Positions 10,898 through 22,400 of a DNA stretch of 64,000 nucleotides are shown here, one piece after another; the first letter of the stretch is position 1, and each line of letters opens with the position of its first letter. This stretch comes from Basidiobolus meristosporus CBS 931.73. Its lineage: Eukaryota; Fungi; Basidiobolomycota. The notes under the pieces were generated by a model. That model had not been told where the DNA came from and searched no databases. It was given only the letters and a program-made list of their open reading frames with translations. The stretch is taken from NCBI GenBank assembly GCA_002104905.1, contig MCFE01000323.1, positions 30,943-94,942 of the forward strand. The letters are read 5' to 3'. The position numbers and the translations under genes were made by a program.

Positions 10898-10911
10898 TCC
10901 ACCCCCCTCTC
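10898..10911 (-). other. Gypsy polypurine tract
   Basis: GAGAGGGGGGTGGA abuts the 3' LTR on the minus strand. Confidence 0.9.
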
Positions 10912-10936
10912 AGCTTTGAACTTGGGTCAAAGCAAA

Positions 10937-13900
10937 CTAATCTTGATGTGCGAAATTCCTATGCTTGAATAACTTAAGTCGATTTCCAGCAACTGGTGCT
11001 CTCAACTGGGTGTTGTCAAGCTCAGATATGTAATAACTTCCATTTCCAATCACTTTGGAAATGAGGTAGGGGCCAGTCCATTTGTTGTCAAACTTCCGAC
11101 TCCATTGCTTGTCCAAGGTAGAATCGTAGAGTAATACTGGGTCTCCTAGTGATAGTGGTTTTGGCCTTGTTGGGTGTGATTTGTCAAAGGGCACCTTGTT
11201 CTTTAGTCGTGTATCCTTAAGTTGTTCAGCAGCTCTGCTGATATTCAAGTCATGGTGATCAAGTTGCTGTATGCGAGTTGCAAGGAGGTCTTCAGTCTGC
11301 ATATTGGATCTCCAATTCAATGAGTTCCAAGTGACTGTGTTTAACTCAACTGGTAGTATGCAGTCATGTCCATAGAGTAGCTTGAATGGCGATGATCCAG
11401 TTGTCCTCTTAGTAGTAATTCTATCTGCCCACAGTGCAAGATGTAATTGCTGTGGCCACAGTGTTGTGTTATTCTCACAGGCCTTGACAAGAGAGTTCAC
11501 CAATGGTCCATGTCCTCTCTCTATCATTCCATTGGCTTGAGGGTGGTAAGCTGTTGTGAAAGCTATGTGTATCTTGTACTTTGAGCACAACTCCTGGATC
11601 ATTTGGGATGTCATCTCTCCTCTGTCAGCAACAAACTGTTGGATGCAGCCAAATCTGCAGATGATGTCTTCAAGTATAAATCTCCATATGGTATGGCTCT
11701 TGTTGTTGGGCAAGGCTCGAGCCTCTGCCCATCCACTAAGGTCATCTCTAGCAACAATCAGGTACTTTTTTGATCCAGCTGTTGGCATGTGGACAAGGTC
11801 AATACCAACCTTTTGCCATAGACAGATTGTGTAAGTAGGATGCAGTGGTTCTTCATAACGCTTGGAGGATCTCTTCTGGCAGGCTACACATGACTCAACA
11901 AAGTGCTGGACATCATAGTACATGTTTTCCCAGTAGTACCTCTGAGCTGTGGTATTGTATGTGGCTTCTCGTCCTCTATGTCCTCCTGGTTCTCCTTGGT
12001 GGATACTTGTCATGATGTTCAGTTGCTCTTGAGGGGTGGTGACTACTCTTCTTGGCATAAGTCCAGGCTTCACTCGCTTAAAGAGAAGATCATCTTTAAG
12101 ATAGTAGTGGTGTGCCTTCTTCCTGAGTTTTCTAAACTCCTGAATATCCATCCAACTAGGTTTCTTAAGTGTCCTTAGATATTCCTTGATCAGACTCCAG
12201 GTAGTTCTCTCTTGGTCTTTGATGGCAATCTGTCGGATCTCTGCATCGATAATATCGTCAAAGTGAGGGTCCAAGTCTTCAAATAATTGTGGTCCCTTCC
12301 TGGAGAGTGCATCAGCCACAACATTTGTCTTGCCAGGGATATGTTTGACCTCAAAGTCAAACATTTTCAGCCATGCCATCCATCGGTTTGTGGCATCATC
12401 AGGTAGGTCAGGCTTGTTGATCATTCCTATAAGTGGCTTGGCATCTGTCTCCAGGATAAAATGTGTCATGTAGAGTTGTGACTTCAGTTTCCTCAGCATC
12501 TTCACAACTCCTAGTAGTTCTCTCTTAATCTGTGAGTATCTTTGTTCTCTAGGAGAGAATAGGCAGCTCTCATATCTGCAGGCATAGCGGTTGCCATCTT
12601 CATCATCTTGTCCAAGTAGTGCTCCAGCTCCTATGGGGCTTGCATCCACTGTCAAAATAGGTGGGCATTCAGTGTTTTGATAGTCAAGAGGTCTTAGAAC
12701 TGGTGGAGATACTAAGGCCTCTTTCAGTAATTGCATGGCTTCTTCTTGCTCTTCTCCCCAGATAAATGGGGTATTCTTTCTCTGTAGTCGGTAGATTGGT
12801 TCTGCTATCTCAGAAAATCTTGGGATCCAGATCCTAAAGAACCCACAAGCTGCCACAAAGCCACGAGCTTGTGTTAGATTTGTGGGGGTAGGCCAGTTGC
12901 ATATCTTTTGTGTCTTGGAGTCTCCAGGTGAGCGACCAAAGGTGTTGCATTTTTGTCCAACAATGGATATCTCTGATACACCAAAGCTGCTTTTCTCACC
13001 ACTGATGGTGAGTCCAGCTTCTTCAATGGCTCCTAGTATGGCATCATTGTCTGCAATATGGTCATAGACAAACTTTCTTACTCCAGGCATAACTTCAGTG
13101 GTGTCCCGGAATTTTGATCCTTTGATGCCTATGTCATCCACAAAGACAGCAAGTTTCTCAGGTATAAACTGGTATAGCACATTCACCATGCATCTCTGGA
13201 ACTGAGCCACGGAGTTTGTAGCCCCTTGGCTGAGTCTTGTCATCCTTAATAGTCCAAATGGTGTCTGTAGTGCAAACATATCTCTTGATGTCTCATCAAG
13301 GGGAATCTGGTCATATCCTGAGTAGAGATCGTATGTTGAGTAGATGGAGTGGCCACTAAAGCTTTCTGCAAAGTCATCAATAGATGGAGGTATAGCAGCA
13401 TCTCTGATAGTGACAGCATTTGCAGGTTGCATGTCTTGAATGAATCGGAGCTTTCCATTCTTCTTTTTGGTTACAAACCATCTGTTAGCATAGGGCCCAT
13501 GGCAAGGTTCTAGGATACCAGCTTCTATCTTCTTCTTAAGTAGGTCATGCACATCAGCTTGGAGTCCTCTGGGCAGTGGGTAAGGCTTAAATGACCAGGG
13601 TGTGTGGGGCACTGTATGAATCTTGATGGGTTTTTCAACCGATGTCTTTAAGAGTCCCATCTCCTTGTCATTATATGAGAAGACCTTATCATGCCTTTTC
13701 AAGGTCTCCTTAAATAATAGTATCTCCTCTGGTGTAAGGTTTCCATCACCAATGATAAGTTGCTTAAGTCTCTCAGGTGTAAGTCGTGTATCATCTGGTG
13801 TTTCTTCTGGTGGTCTAATGTAATCAGCAGGTCGGGATCCATCAGTCAAAGGTGTAAGTGATGGTCTAATCTTCTGTTCTACTGTCTTGTATTTTGTTCG

Positions 13901-15790
13901 AACCATAGCTGTTTGCTCCTGTATACCTAATGAGCAGCTCCAAATGTTGGGGTGTATATTGTCAGGCTCTTCATCTTCTTCCATAACAAGATGTGTCTTC
14001 TGGCAAGCAGTATGTGTCCTCTTATTGTTGGGTGTTACACCACAGAAGGTTGACTGTAGTCCTGGATTGGATCCTTGTATGGTGTACCATACTGACCCAT
14101 CGGAATAGTTGGTAGTTGTAGCCTTAGTACTGGTTTCCCATGGTCTACCTAGCAGAAGGTCAAAGTTTGCCTTCTGGCAGATGAAGAGGGGAAGCCAGAC
14201 CTTGATTCCTTGTACCTCAATAGGGAACTTGTGCACTACACCGTAGAGTGGACTAGATCCTGAGTTTGCATCAGTCATGTTCCATCCAATATCTCTATCA
14301 ACAGGCAGTAGCTCCTTGCTTCTAAGTGTCTTCCAGAAGTCTAGCGGCATAACACAAATCTCTGAGCCACTGTCAATATGGCAGTCAACAGGGTCATCAT
14401 ATATATATCCTTTCACCACAGCAGTTGCAACTGAGTAAAAGGTCTTATACTCAGTAGTGTTGTCATCTTTTTGGTGGTCTTCATGGTTTGTGTGAATAAT
14501 ATGGGTGTCCATATGTTCAACAGCTTGTCGTCTTGTTCTAAGCTGCTCATCAAAGGTCTTCCTAACAGATGGGGATACACTCATGATTTCTCCAACCGAC
14601 AAAGTGAGGTTCTGCTTCAGCAGCTTCTCAGTAATCAGTTGAGGGCTTGAGTAGCTTGTTATCTTTGAGGTCATCTGAAAGTGAGGCAATGGATCTTGGG
14701 TGGGCAGCATACTAGGCCTCTTGTCAATAACAACTTCAGGTTCTTCAAATCGTGGTCTTCTAAGGATGGGTTTGGCAGGTTCTTCAGGGAGGTGTCTTTT
14801 GGTAGCAAAGGCATCAACTTCATATTGTCTGTTGTCAGAGCTGCTTGGACTCACTTTATGGGTCCCAATAGGGGCATCAACAGTAATCTTTCTGGTTGCT
14901 GAGTCAGATTTCTGGAAAAGGGCTCTCATCCCTCCTCTTCGGAAATTAGTGGGAATCCTCCTTCCTTCCTTGTCAGCAAGCATTCCATCAGCATCAAACT
15001 GTACTGCTCCTTCTCTGAGTAGCTGACTAAGCTCTGAGCATTCTCGTCTGGCATGCTGAGTAGAGTCACACCAGATGCAGTGCCTGGGCAAAGGTCTTTG
15101 TCCCTCAGTAGGAACCTCAGCTGAGCCATTAATCTTGAGGGCTAGCTTTTGTAACTGTTCAGCAAGTTGGTCAATTCTGTCGGTAGTGTAGGTCTGATTG
15201 TCAGCAGCAGCACTCCTTGGCTCCTTGGTTGACTGGTCTGGCAGATTAGATGTCAGGAGTCTCATAAAGGTAGAAGTTTGCTTTGCCTCTAGGAGAACAC
15301 GTTTCATCTCTGCAAAGCAAGGAATGCCAGACTTGTCATCCTTGGCAGCATGTAAGTCAACTTTCCTTGCCAAGTCCTGGGGAAGCCCTTGTGCAAGGTA
15401 AAGTGTCATGGTAAACTCAGTTATAGCCTGGGACTCTAGGAGTGGCTTGGCCATATCTTCATACTGTTGAATGAACTCTTCAAGTGGTAGCTTGGAAAGT
15501 CCAGTTCTTCCAAAGTGCCTGAGATCTTCAATTCCATAGTATATCTGGGGTCTACCATACTCGGTCTGTAGGTAGGTCTTCATTAAGGCCCAGTCAGTGA
15601 GAATGTCTCCTTGTCTGAGAAGCTTAGTGGTAATATCATCGGTGCAGTAGTAGGGGAAGTCTTCAGCCATTTCTTGTTCAGATAGACTGCACATCTTGCA
15701 GAGCTTCTCCCATTTGAATATGAAGCTTTCCACATTCTTTCCATCAAACTGTGGGGCTCCATGTGAGAGTGGTAATGGCATAGAGTTCAT
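10937..15790 (-). CDS. gag-pol: Ty3/Gypsy Gag-Pol polyprotein, 1617 aa, single frame
   Basis: CCHC knuckle CIWCDSTQHARREC, protease IDSGSE, RT (LPRG, YSGYDQIPL, FVDD), RNase H (TVDAS, ETDAK), integrase HHCC plus GIDLV/ADRGE/IERGH. Order is PR-RT-RH-IN; no chromodomain. Confidence 0.97.
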   Translation of the reverse strand: MNSMPLPLSHGAPQFDGKNVESFIFKWEKLCKMCSLSEQEMAEDFPYYCTDDITTKLLRQGDILTDWALMKTYLQTEYGRPQIYYGIEDLRHFGRTGLSKLPLEEFIQQYEDMAKPLLESQAITEFTMTLYLAQGLPQDLARKVDLHAAKDDKSGIPCFAEMKRVLLEAKQTSTFMRLLTSNLPDQSTKEPRSAAADNQTYTTDRIDQLAEQLQKLALKINGSAEVPTEGQRPLPRHCIWCDSTQHARRECSELSQLLREGAVQFDADGMLADKEGRRIPTNFRRGGMRALFQKSDSATRKITVDAPIGTHKVSPSSSDNRQYEVDAFATKRHLPEEPAKPILRRPRFEEPEVVIDKRPSMLPTQDPLPHFQMTSKITSYSSPQLITEKLLKQNLTLSVGEIMSVSPSVRKTFDEQLRTRRQAVEHMDTHIIHTNHEDHQKDDNTTEYKTFYSVATAVVKGYIYDDPVDCHIDSGSEICVMPLDFWKTLRSKELLPVDRDIGWNMTDANSGSSPLYGVVHKFPIEVQGIKVWLPLFICQKANFDLLLGRPWETSTKATTTNYSDGSVWYTIQGSNPGLQSTFCGVTPNNKRTHTACQKTHLVMEEDEEPDNIHPNIWSCSLGIQEQTAMVRTKYKTVEQKIRPSLTPLTDGSRPADYIRPPEETPDDTRLTPERLKQLIIGDGNLTPEEILLFKETLKRHDKVFSYNDKEMGLLKTSVEKPIKIHTVPHTPWSFKPYPLPRGLQADVHDLLKKKIEAGILEPCHGPYANRWFVTKKKNGKLRFIQDMQPANAVTIRDAAIPPSIDDFAESFSGHSIYSTYDLYSGYDQIPLDETSRDMFALQTPFGLLRMTRLSQGATNSVAQFQRCMVNVLYQFIPEKLAVFVDDIGIKGSKFRDTTEVMPGVRKFVYDHIADNDAILGAIEEAGLTISGEKSSFGVSEISIVGQKCNTFGRSPGDSKTQKICNWPTPTNLTQARGFVAACGFFRIWIPRFSEIAEPIYRLQRKNTPFIWGEEQEEAMQLLKEALVSPPVLRPLDYQNTECPPILTVDASPIGAGALLGQDDEDGNRYACRYESCLFSPREQRYSQIKRELLGVVKMLRKLKSQLYMTHFILETDAKPLIGMINKPDLPDDATNRWMAWLKMFDFEVKHIPGKTNVVADALSRKGPQLFEDLDPHFDDIIDAEIRQIAIKDQERTTWSLIKEYLRTLKKPSWMDIQEFRKLRKKAHHYYLKDDLLFKRVKPGLMPRRVVTTPQEQLNIMTSIHQGEPGGHRGREATYNTTAQRYYWENMYYDVQHFVESCVACQKRSSKRYEEPLHPTYTICLWQKVGIDLVHMPTAGSKKYLIVARDDLSGWAEARALPNNKSHTIWRFILEDIICRFGCIQQFVADRGEMTSQMIQELCSKYKIHIAFTTAYHPQANGMIERGHGPLVNSLVKACENNTTLWPQQLHLALWADRITTKRTTGSSPFKLLYGHDCILPVELNTVTWNSLNWRSNMQTEDLLATRIQQLDHHDLNISRAAEQLKDTRLKNKVPFDKSHPTRPKPLSLGDPVLLYDSTLDKQWSRKFDNKWTGPYLISKVIGNGSYYISELDNTQLRAPVAGNRLKLFKHRNFAHQD

Positions 15791-15908
15791 GTTGGGCAGG
15801 TAGGTTGGTGTTGTAATCTTGGTAATATCGGTAGTCTCTTTTCAATAGGTGGATAACAGCTCAAATCTTCAGGTAAATCTTGTTGGGTCCTAGGGAGCTT
15901 GTATGAAC

Positions 15909-15926
15909 CCCCCACGTTGGGTGCCA
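15909..15926 (-). other. Gypsy primer-binding site, tRNA-Lys(CUU)-like
   Basis: TGGCACCCAACGTGGGGG, 4 nt inside the 5' LTR; 16/18 match to the Lys1,2 PBS TGGCGCCCAACGTGGGGC. Confidence 0.8.
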
Positions 15927-15930
15927 AATA

Positions 15931-17001
15931 TGTGGTGGTGTATAGGTCCAAGGGAGAGATACGTCCAACACTTCTCAAGTGTTTTGTGTGTGGGGTGTTC
16001 ACTGGGTGCGATAACCTCTGGCAAAAGCTTGCTAGGAATACTTGGGTTCTGTCTCTAATCTAATGTGAAGGGGAATAAAGCCACAAGCTTGTCAAGGGAA
16101 AACTATTGAGCTACAATCCCCAACTTAGTTGGCGTCTTAACAAAAGTATGTGCTGGGTTCAGCGTCCTTTGAGATGACAATGTACTAAAGCTTCCAAAGT
16201 CAAAACAACTGTAAACTCCACCAGCAGGGACTTGATAAGAATGCAGCTTTGGTCAATAGTTACAAAGACAGAAAAGTATCTTTGCCTGTACAAGAACAAA
16301 CTTGGGAAAGAATCAAATATAATAAAAGATACCTACTCTGAGTATTCCTCACAAGTAGTGCCTCCAAGGTCAGTTGGCTGTCAGCGCGGTTTCCTGGGAG
16401 TGTCCTGTGGTCTAGGGTTGGAAGTTCAGGTAGCAGCAGGTAGCAGTGATCACACTAATCAACAAGTCGGTATATTGATAAAAGGGATGATGATTTATTG
16501 TTGAGGGATAGCCTCCCTTATATACTTTTCTCACTGGCTAAGTGATTACTAATCATGGTGTTCCAGAAGGTTCCAGAGATCAATAGAAATCTTAATGACA
16601 TCAGAATGACCTAAGAATGTTCTAAGTAGGTGCCGGAAGGTTCTAAGAGGCACAGCACATCCGACCAATCAGGAATCAGTATTCTGAAACCTGTGTAACA
16701 TGGGGATACCATATATGGTATGGAAGTGGTAGGGATGGTGACACGGGCTGATCATGTGTCACGGGTACTGGCGCGGGTACTTGCCTAATATAGAAGTACT
16801 TATAGCTAGTAATCTTACATAAAGTGAGGGTTAACTTATGCAATAAGGTAAGCAGGTGTGATAGTCAACCGGCTTATGGGATAGTACTGATTGGGTAAGA
16901 CAAATGGGATAAAACTAAAATAAGTGTAGTAGAGATATAGGGAAGTAGAAAATAAGGGAATGAGCACATCTGTCAGTGGGTGTCACTGTCACCCCACTAC
17001 A
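15931..17001 (-). repeat. Gypsy 5' LTR
   Basis: Copy of 9827-10897. Confidence 0.96.
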
Positions 17002-17380
17002 GCGGTCACAAGCCAACTTCTACACAATTCTATACAGAATTCACACAAACAAAAGCCAGAGTACACCTATCAGGGGGACTAGAATCCAGCAGGGAGAAGG
17101 AATATATTGGCCAAATACCAAGAAGTTCTTTGCCAATAATGAGGATGTATTCATGGCAGAAGTGGCAACAACCAAGCATATGTTTGCAAGATGTATATGC
17201 TACCAGCAGTACAAGGTATACGGCAACTTTGCAAGTATCACACTAAAAAGCCGTAAAGTTGAGGTGATAGAAGTATGTCAATTGCAGCAGGTGTGCGCAT
17301 TTGTAGAGATTAGTAAGCAGGAGGCCATAGTTTCTTTTGGTTCAAACTATATGTGGAATACCCAAGGTAGTAGTGGGTAA
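17002..17380 (+). pseudogene. CACTA transposase copy 1, C-terminal part
   Basis: Homologous to 56620-56995 and 31846..32238. Confidence 0.8.
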
Positions 17381-17859
17381 GCAAATAAAGAAAGATGATT
17401 CTACAGTGGAATATATGAATTGCCCAAGGGGAGGTAGTAAAAGGAAATACCATTTGGTAAATTGGTACGGTAGCATTATACTGAACCAATGGCAGGCTGT
17501 CATACTGCCAAGAAAAAGCCATCAGAATCTTGGTGTGAGGCTGTCAAAATACTGTCATGTTTCTTGCCATATAAGGCAGTTGGAAGTCCTGGCCAACTGG
17601 ATCCACTTAAAATAGTAATAGAGCACTGAAAGACCGCAACAATACCATGCAAATATAGTGACAGCACCAATCAAAAATTGTCTAGTTTTATCCCTTTATT
17701 TGGCTGTAAAATTTGCAAAACACTGTCATGATCTTGTTATAAGATCATCAGGAGGGTCACTAATTCCAAGCTGCTGTTATTATGACAGTCTCTAAGTGGG
17801 ATCTTGATAGATGATCCGGATTGGATCCACCTGTGGGACCAAATTATTTTTCATAGGGT

Positions 17860-18568
17860 TGTGACAGCAGCTGTTGTCTTATTGATAATTCTTCTTGAAT
17901 ATTACGGGCTTCATATTGTTCCGGGTTGATAGTACTGATTGGTGGGCACTGCTGCATTTCTGTTGCACCTCTTTGCCTCTAGCTTTGGTAGCCTTTTCTT
18001 CCTTTACCTTCACCACACTCACTACCAGGTCTTTCCCTGCTAATTTGATTGAGTACTTCTTGTGTTGATCTATGTTTTCATGCTGATAAATGCTGCAAAT
18101 ATGCATCTGTTTTTACCTGCTTGTCCCTCACCAGCACTCTCCTGGATACCTGATGTTTCTTTGCCACTTATTTTGAGCTTATTTTTGGTTATTTTCACTC
18201 CCAAGTCTGGCACTGCTACTTTGGCCAAGTACTTCTTGATTTCTACTATATATTTACCATGAAAATGCTGCACTGGTGCATATGTTTATGCCAGCCTGCC
18301 GCTTGCTGGCATCCTTCTATTACCTGCCATGGCTTTACCACCTGTTTAGAACATAGCCTATTTGGATTTAGCCCTGCTTGTTGCACTGAATGTGAAAGCA
18401 AGCTGCTATCCAACTGCTCTTCTGCGGCTGCTTGTTGGGGGATTTGGTTGGGAACCAGACAACTTTGCCTTATTCATTGGTGGCATGCAAATGAAAGTGA
18501 GTCAAACCAAAGGAGGTATAGTAAATATATACATGTGTGTATGGTTCCATAACTATATCTATAATGCC
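17860..18568 (-). pseudogene. Diverged CACTA ORF2 fragment (host of copy 1)
   Basis: Similar to 25630-25850 and to the ORF2 5' region (540-730). Confidence 0.6.
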
Positions 18569-19225
18569 TGTTGTATCCAAGAGATGATTGTAATAAAGCT
18601 TCTTAGTGGTTAATTGAACCAAAGGGGCAGCTTACCGGAAATTCTCAGAACTGTCAGAGTGTAGTAGAAATGTTAGCAGAAGAATTCTAGCTGATACTGA
18701 TCTTGGATGTAGCTAGATTTGGCTATGAAGGCAATGGAGTTTGTTTGCAACAAAGGCTAGGCTTAGTGTACTTGGAAGTGCTAGTTATGCTAGGCTTGAA
18801 TAGAAGGTAGAGCAGAATGGTTGAACTTCTACTTTTGTTGGGAAACAATCATGATTTTACTGAGACATATACTTCACCAAAATGTTCAGTAAAGCTTATT
18901 TATACATTTCTGATCAAGCTGAGTTAGTAAGCACCAAGAGACTGGGTGAATGGAAATCAATTTGGGCAATGACAGGTTCACAAGATATTTGAAAATTGCA
19001 TCACCAGTTAGTTGACGCCTAGGCAATTACTGAGTAGTTGTATAGATTGCAGATAACTATCTACTTAAAAAGGCTTGGAAGATCAGCCAACAACATAATG
19101 GCCATATGATATTGATCATGTGTTACGGTTGAAAGTTGATTTTGAGATGGATTAGAACAGACCATAACTGGTATTGGTTATGTTTGGGTTAGGGAACAAC
19201 AGTTAGGGTACTAAATCTTCCAACA
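18569..19225 (-). repeat. Solo LTR-like element (657 bp), unassigned family
   Basis: TGTTG...CAACA termini and a TATA-like motif on the minus strand; no matching TSD. Confidence 0.6.
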
Positions 19226-19436
19226 GATTAAGGTTAGCTTGGTTGAGATCATAATGCACAACATTACTTCCTTGTAGAAGAGGAGTCTTCTGATACCTTC
19301 TGGGTTGCCCTGTGGCCCCAATAGAGAGCAATAAAGTCAAAATCATCAAAGTTGGTGTAAGCTTTATAGGTGCTGAGTTTGGCCTTAATACCTTTGCACT
19401 TGACTAAATAAAAGCAAAATGGTTCTTCTCCATCAT

Positions 19437-22400
19437 CCAGGTATCCAGAACATGAAAATTCTCACAGTTGTCCAAACAGCCCCAAGCTTTGCACACATGT
19501 GCTTGAGACCTTCCTTAATTTATTCTATGTGCTTGTAATGCCAAGACCATGTAAAAGTATAAATACTACTTTTATATTCAATAAATCATTGAGTGAAAAC
19601 TACATAATCTACTTGTCCTCCCAATCACTTCCAACATCTCCAATACTCTTACAGCAGGTTTTGAGCCCCAAGCTGTCACTCTCTGCAATATCTACTATTG
19701 CTATTACTGGAACTTTTCCCTCTGCTGAAAAGTTGGATGGAACTAACTACCAATTGAGGGAGGTGAAGATGAAGATGCTGCTACAAAAAAGAGGCCTTTG
19801 GGATATTGTCATAGGAGAAGAATGCTCTCCTAAAAACATGGCAGAGGAAGCCTCAAAGTACCAGAAGAAAGAAAAAAGTGCCTTTAACTGCATTTGCCCT
19901 AATGTCAAAGACAAATTGCTAATTCAATGCTCAAAAGCAAAAACGGCAAAGAATGCTTGGAAGGCATTAGAAGACACCTACCAGTCATGTTCAGCTGCTA
20001 AGAAAATGTATCTGAGACAAATATTCTTTACTTTAAAGATACTGCTGGGAGAAGAAATGAAAAATCTAGTTAACAGAATTACCCTGCTATTGGGTGCAAT
20101 GGAATTTGTGGGTGTATCTACTACTGATGTGGATGTGATAATTACCATCCTGAATAGCCTGACAGACAAGTTTCAGGGCCTTGTATCAGCTATAGAGTCC
20201 AGAACTGATGATTTGACCTTAAATTGCATTTATGGAAGGCTCCTGGATGAATAATTAGGAAAATAAAGCGCCAATAAGAAGCAAGAAGAAAATGCTTTAA
20301 TAAGCAATGATAACCAACAAAGGAGGTGCCCAGGACCCTAAAAGGGCAAGAGCAACCTGCTTGGTAACTACTGCAAAAGGAAAGAACATACATCAGACCG
20401 GTGCTTCAGAAAGAGTGATAGTCAACAGACAAAGCTTGAATATGGAAATGCTGCAATAACTAAAGATTGACTATTCATATCTGCACTGAATATGACCACA
20501 AACAAAATTCTCAGACATGGTTTATTAACTCTGGAGCATCTCAGCACTTTACATACCAAAAAGAACTGTTTACCCAGTATCAAGGAATACCAATTAACAA
20601 GGTTTTTATTGGTGACAATAGGACAATTGATGCAGTGGGAGAAGGAACTATCCAAGTAAACCTTAGAAGCAGTGAAGGAAGCCATACACTGACCTTTAAA
20701 GATTTACTCTATGTATCAGAAATAGCCAAGTACCTACTATCTGTGAGCAAGGCCATTGAAGAAGGACTTAGTCAACTTTGACAATTCTGGATGCAAGAGC
20801 ACTGATCAAAATGGTGGCCATATTGCTTTGGGTATCAGAGATTGGAATCTGCACAAGTTGACTTATATTCCATTATATTTGTAAGCCAATATAAGTAACT
20901 TAAATGAAGAAACACCAAAGCTTTGGCACAGGAGATTTGGGCACACCAGTTTTGATTTTTTGCGCAAAATGATCAAAGATCAGCTAATTTTGGGAGTAAA
21001 TATTGATCCCCCAGCTAATTTGGAGCACTGTGAGTCTTGCATATATGGGAAACAAGCCAGACAACTGTACAAAAGCTCTGGGTTGATCAAAACTAAGAAA
21101 AAACTAGATCAAACTCACTTGGATCCATGTGGTCCTATGCAGAAATTATTCTTAGGCAGGATGCAGTATTCAAACACTGTGATTGATGATTATACAAGAT
21201 ACATGTGGGTTTACTTCACGGAGAGAAACAAAGAAGCTCTGTTTAGGTTCAGGGAGTTTAAAGCTATGGTGCAGAGAGAAATTGGTGAAAAAATCAAGAA
21301 AATACGCTCTGACAATGGTGGACAATATACCTCAAAACTCTTCATCCACTTGTGCAAAATTCATGGGATAAAGCAAGAGACTACTATACCATACTCCCCA
21401 CAGCAAAACAGAGTAGCAGAAAGTGCTAATCAATCAATAATTGTTATGGCAAAATCTATGATCCATGATCAAAACTTATCCTATGATTTTTGGGTGGAAT
21501 CAGTTGCCACTGCAGTATACCTTGAAATTAGGAGTTACAACAGAAAACCTCATTACTTTACTCCATTTGAAGCATGGTATAGGTACAGACTAAGCACAGA
21601 ACATCTCAGAATACTTGGGAGTACACCATATGCCAGGAAAATGCCCTGAAATCAATCAAAATTTGGGCCAAAAAGTGTAAAATGCATATTGCTGAGTTAC
21701 TGCAATGAGAGTAAAGCCTTTAGACTCTACAATACCAAAGCAAAGAGGCTGATCAAGTCCAGGGATGTGCTGTTTGATGAATATTCAAAACTTTCACAAC
21801 AAATTACATTAGATGATGACAAAAATCTGATCTCAAGTCCACCAATTGTCAGGATTGAATCAGAGCAAAACACTGAGAATTTTTTCACTCCTGAGGACTC
21901 TAAAACAATGATTCAAGCAGAATCAGTGCCCAGGAATATCCTAGAAGTGATCATTCCAGTATCAAATGCCAGCAGATCCATTTGAACAAGAAATAGCCCA
22001 AATTACTATATCAATGAGGGTACAAACTTAGCCTATGCCTATTCAGCCCATATCTATGAGCCCCAGACTGTAAAAGAGGCCCTAAATAGCCCTCAGACAG
22101 AGTTTTGGAGATTTGCAATGACTGATGAATATCAGGCCCTGATGGCAAATCAAATGTGGTACTTAGTCAAATTACCAATCAACCAAAAATTAATTGGATG
22201 CAGGTGGGTCTTTAAGACAAAATACAAGGCTGATGGCTCAATTGATAGATACAAAGTAAGACTTGGGGCCAAAGAATACTCTCAAACAAAAGGACTTGAC
22301 TATACTGAGACCTTTGAACCAGTAGCCATGTTTAATTCCATCAGATTGATATTGGCTATTGCTGCCAAATACAAGCTTTTATTCATCAAATGGAAGTAAA

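Larger units (their letters stand above)
9827..17001 (-). mobile_element. Full-length Ty3/Gypsy LTR retrotransposon (7175 bp), very young
   Basis: Two 1071-bp TG...CA LTRs offset by 6104 bp, PBS, PPT, intact gag-pol, and 4-bp TSD GCGG at 9823-9826 and 17002-17005. Confidence 0.97.
1..17859 (+). mobile_element. CACTA/EnSpm-type DNA transposon copy 1 (left end outside window), interrupted by Pangu-B/A and the Gypsy element
   Basis: Transposase pieces 876-2051, 8854-9826 and 17002-17380 join seamlessly across insertion TSDs. Right end ...AATTATTTTTTCATAGGG (17859) is the reverse complement of the left ends CCCTATGAAAA at 39774 and 44848. Confidence 0.85.

Noticed and set aside
15903-15926. tRNA-like 3' end (...CCCCACGTTGGGTGCCA) on the plus strand
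   Set aside because: It is the complement of the PBS; there is no cloverleaf upstream, so it is not a tRNA gene.
19226-19436. Short unassigned stretches (also 34760-34960, 39697-39773 and 40390-40700)
   Set aside because: No ORF, terminus or repeat that I can support; probably older TE debris.
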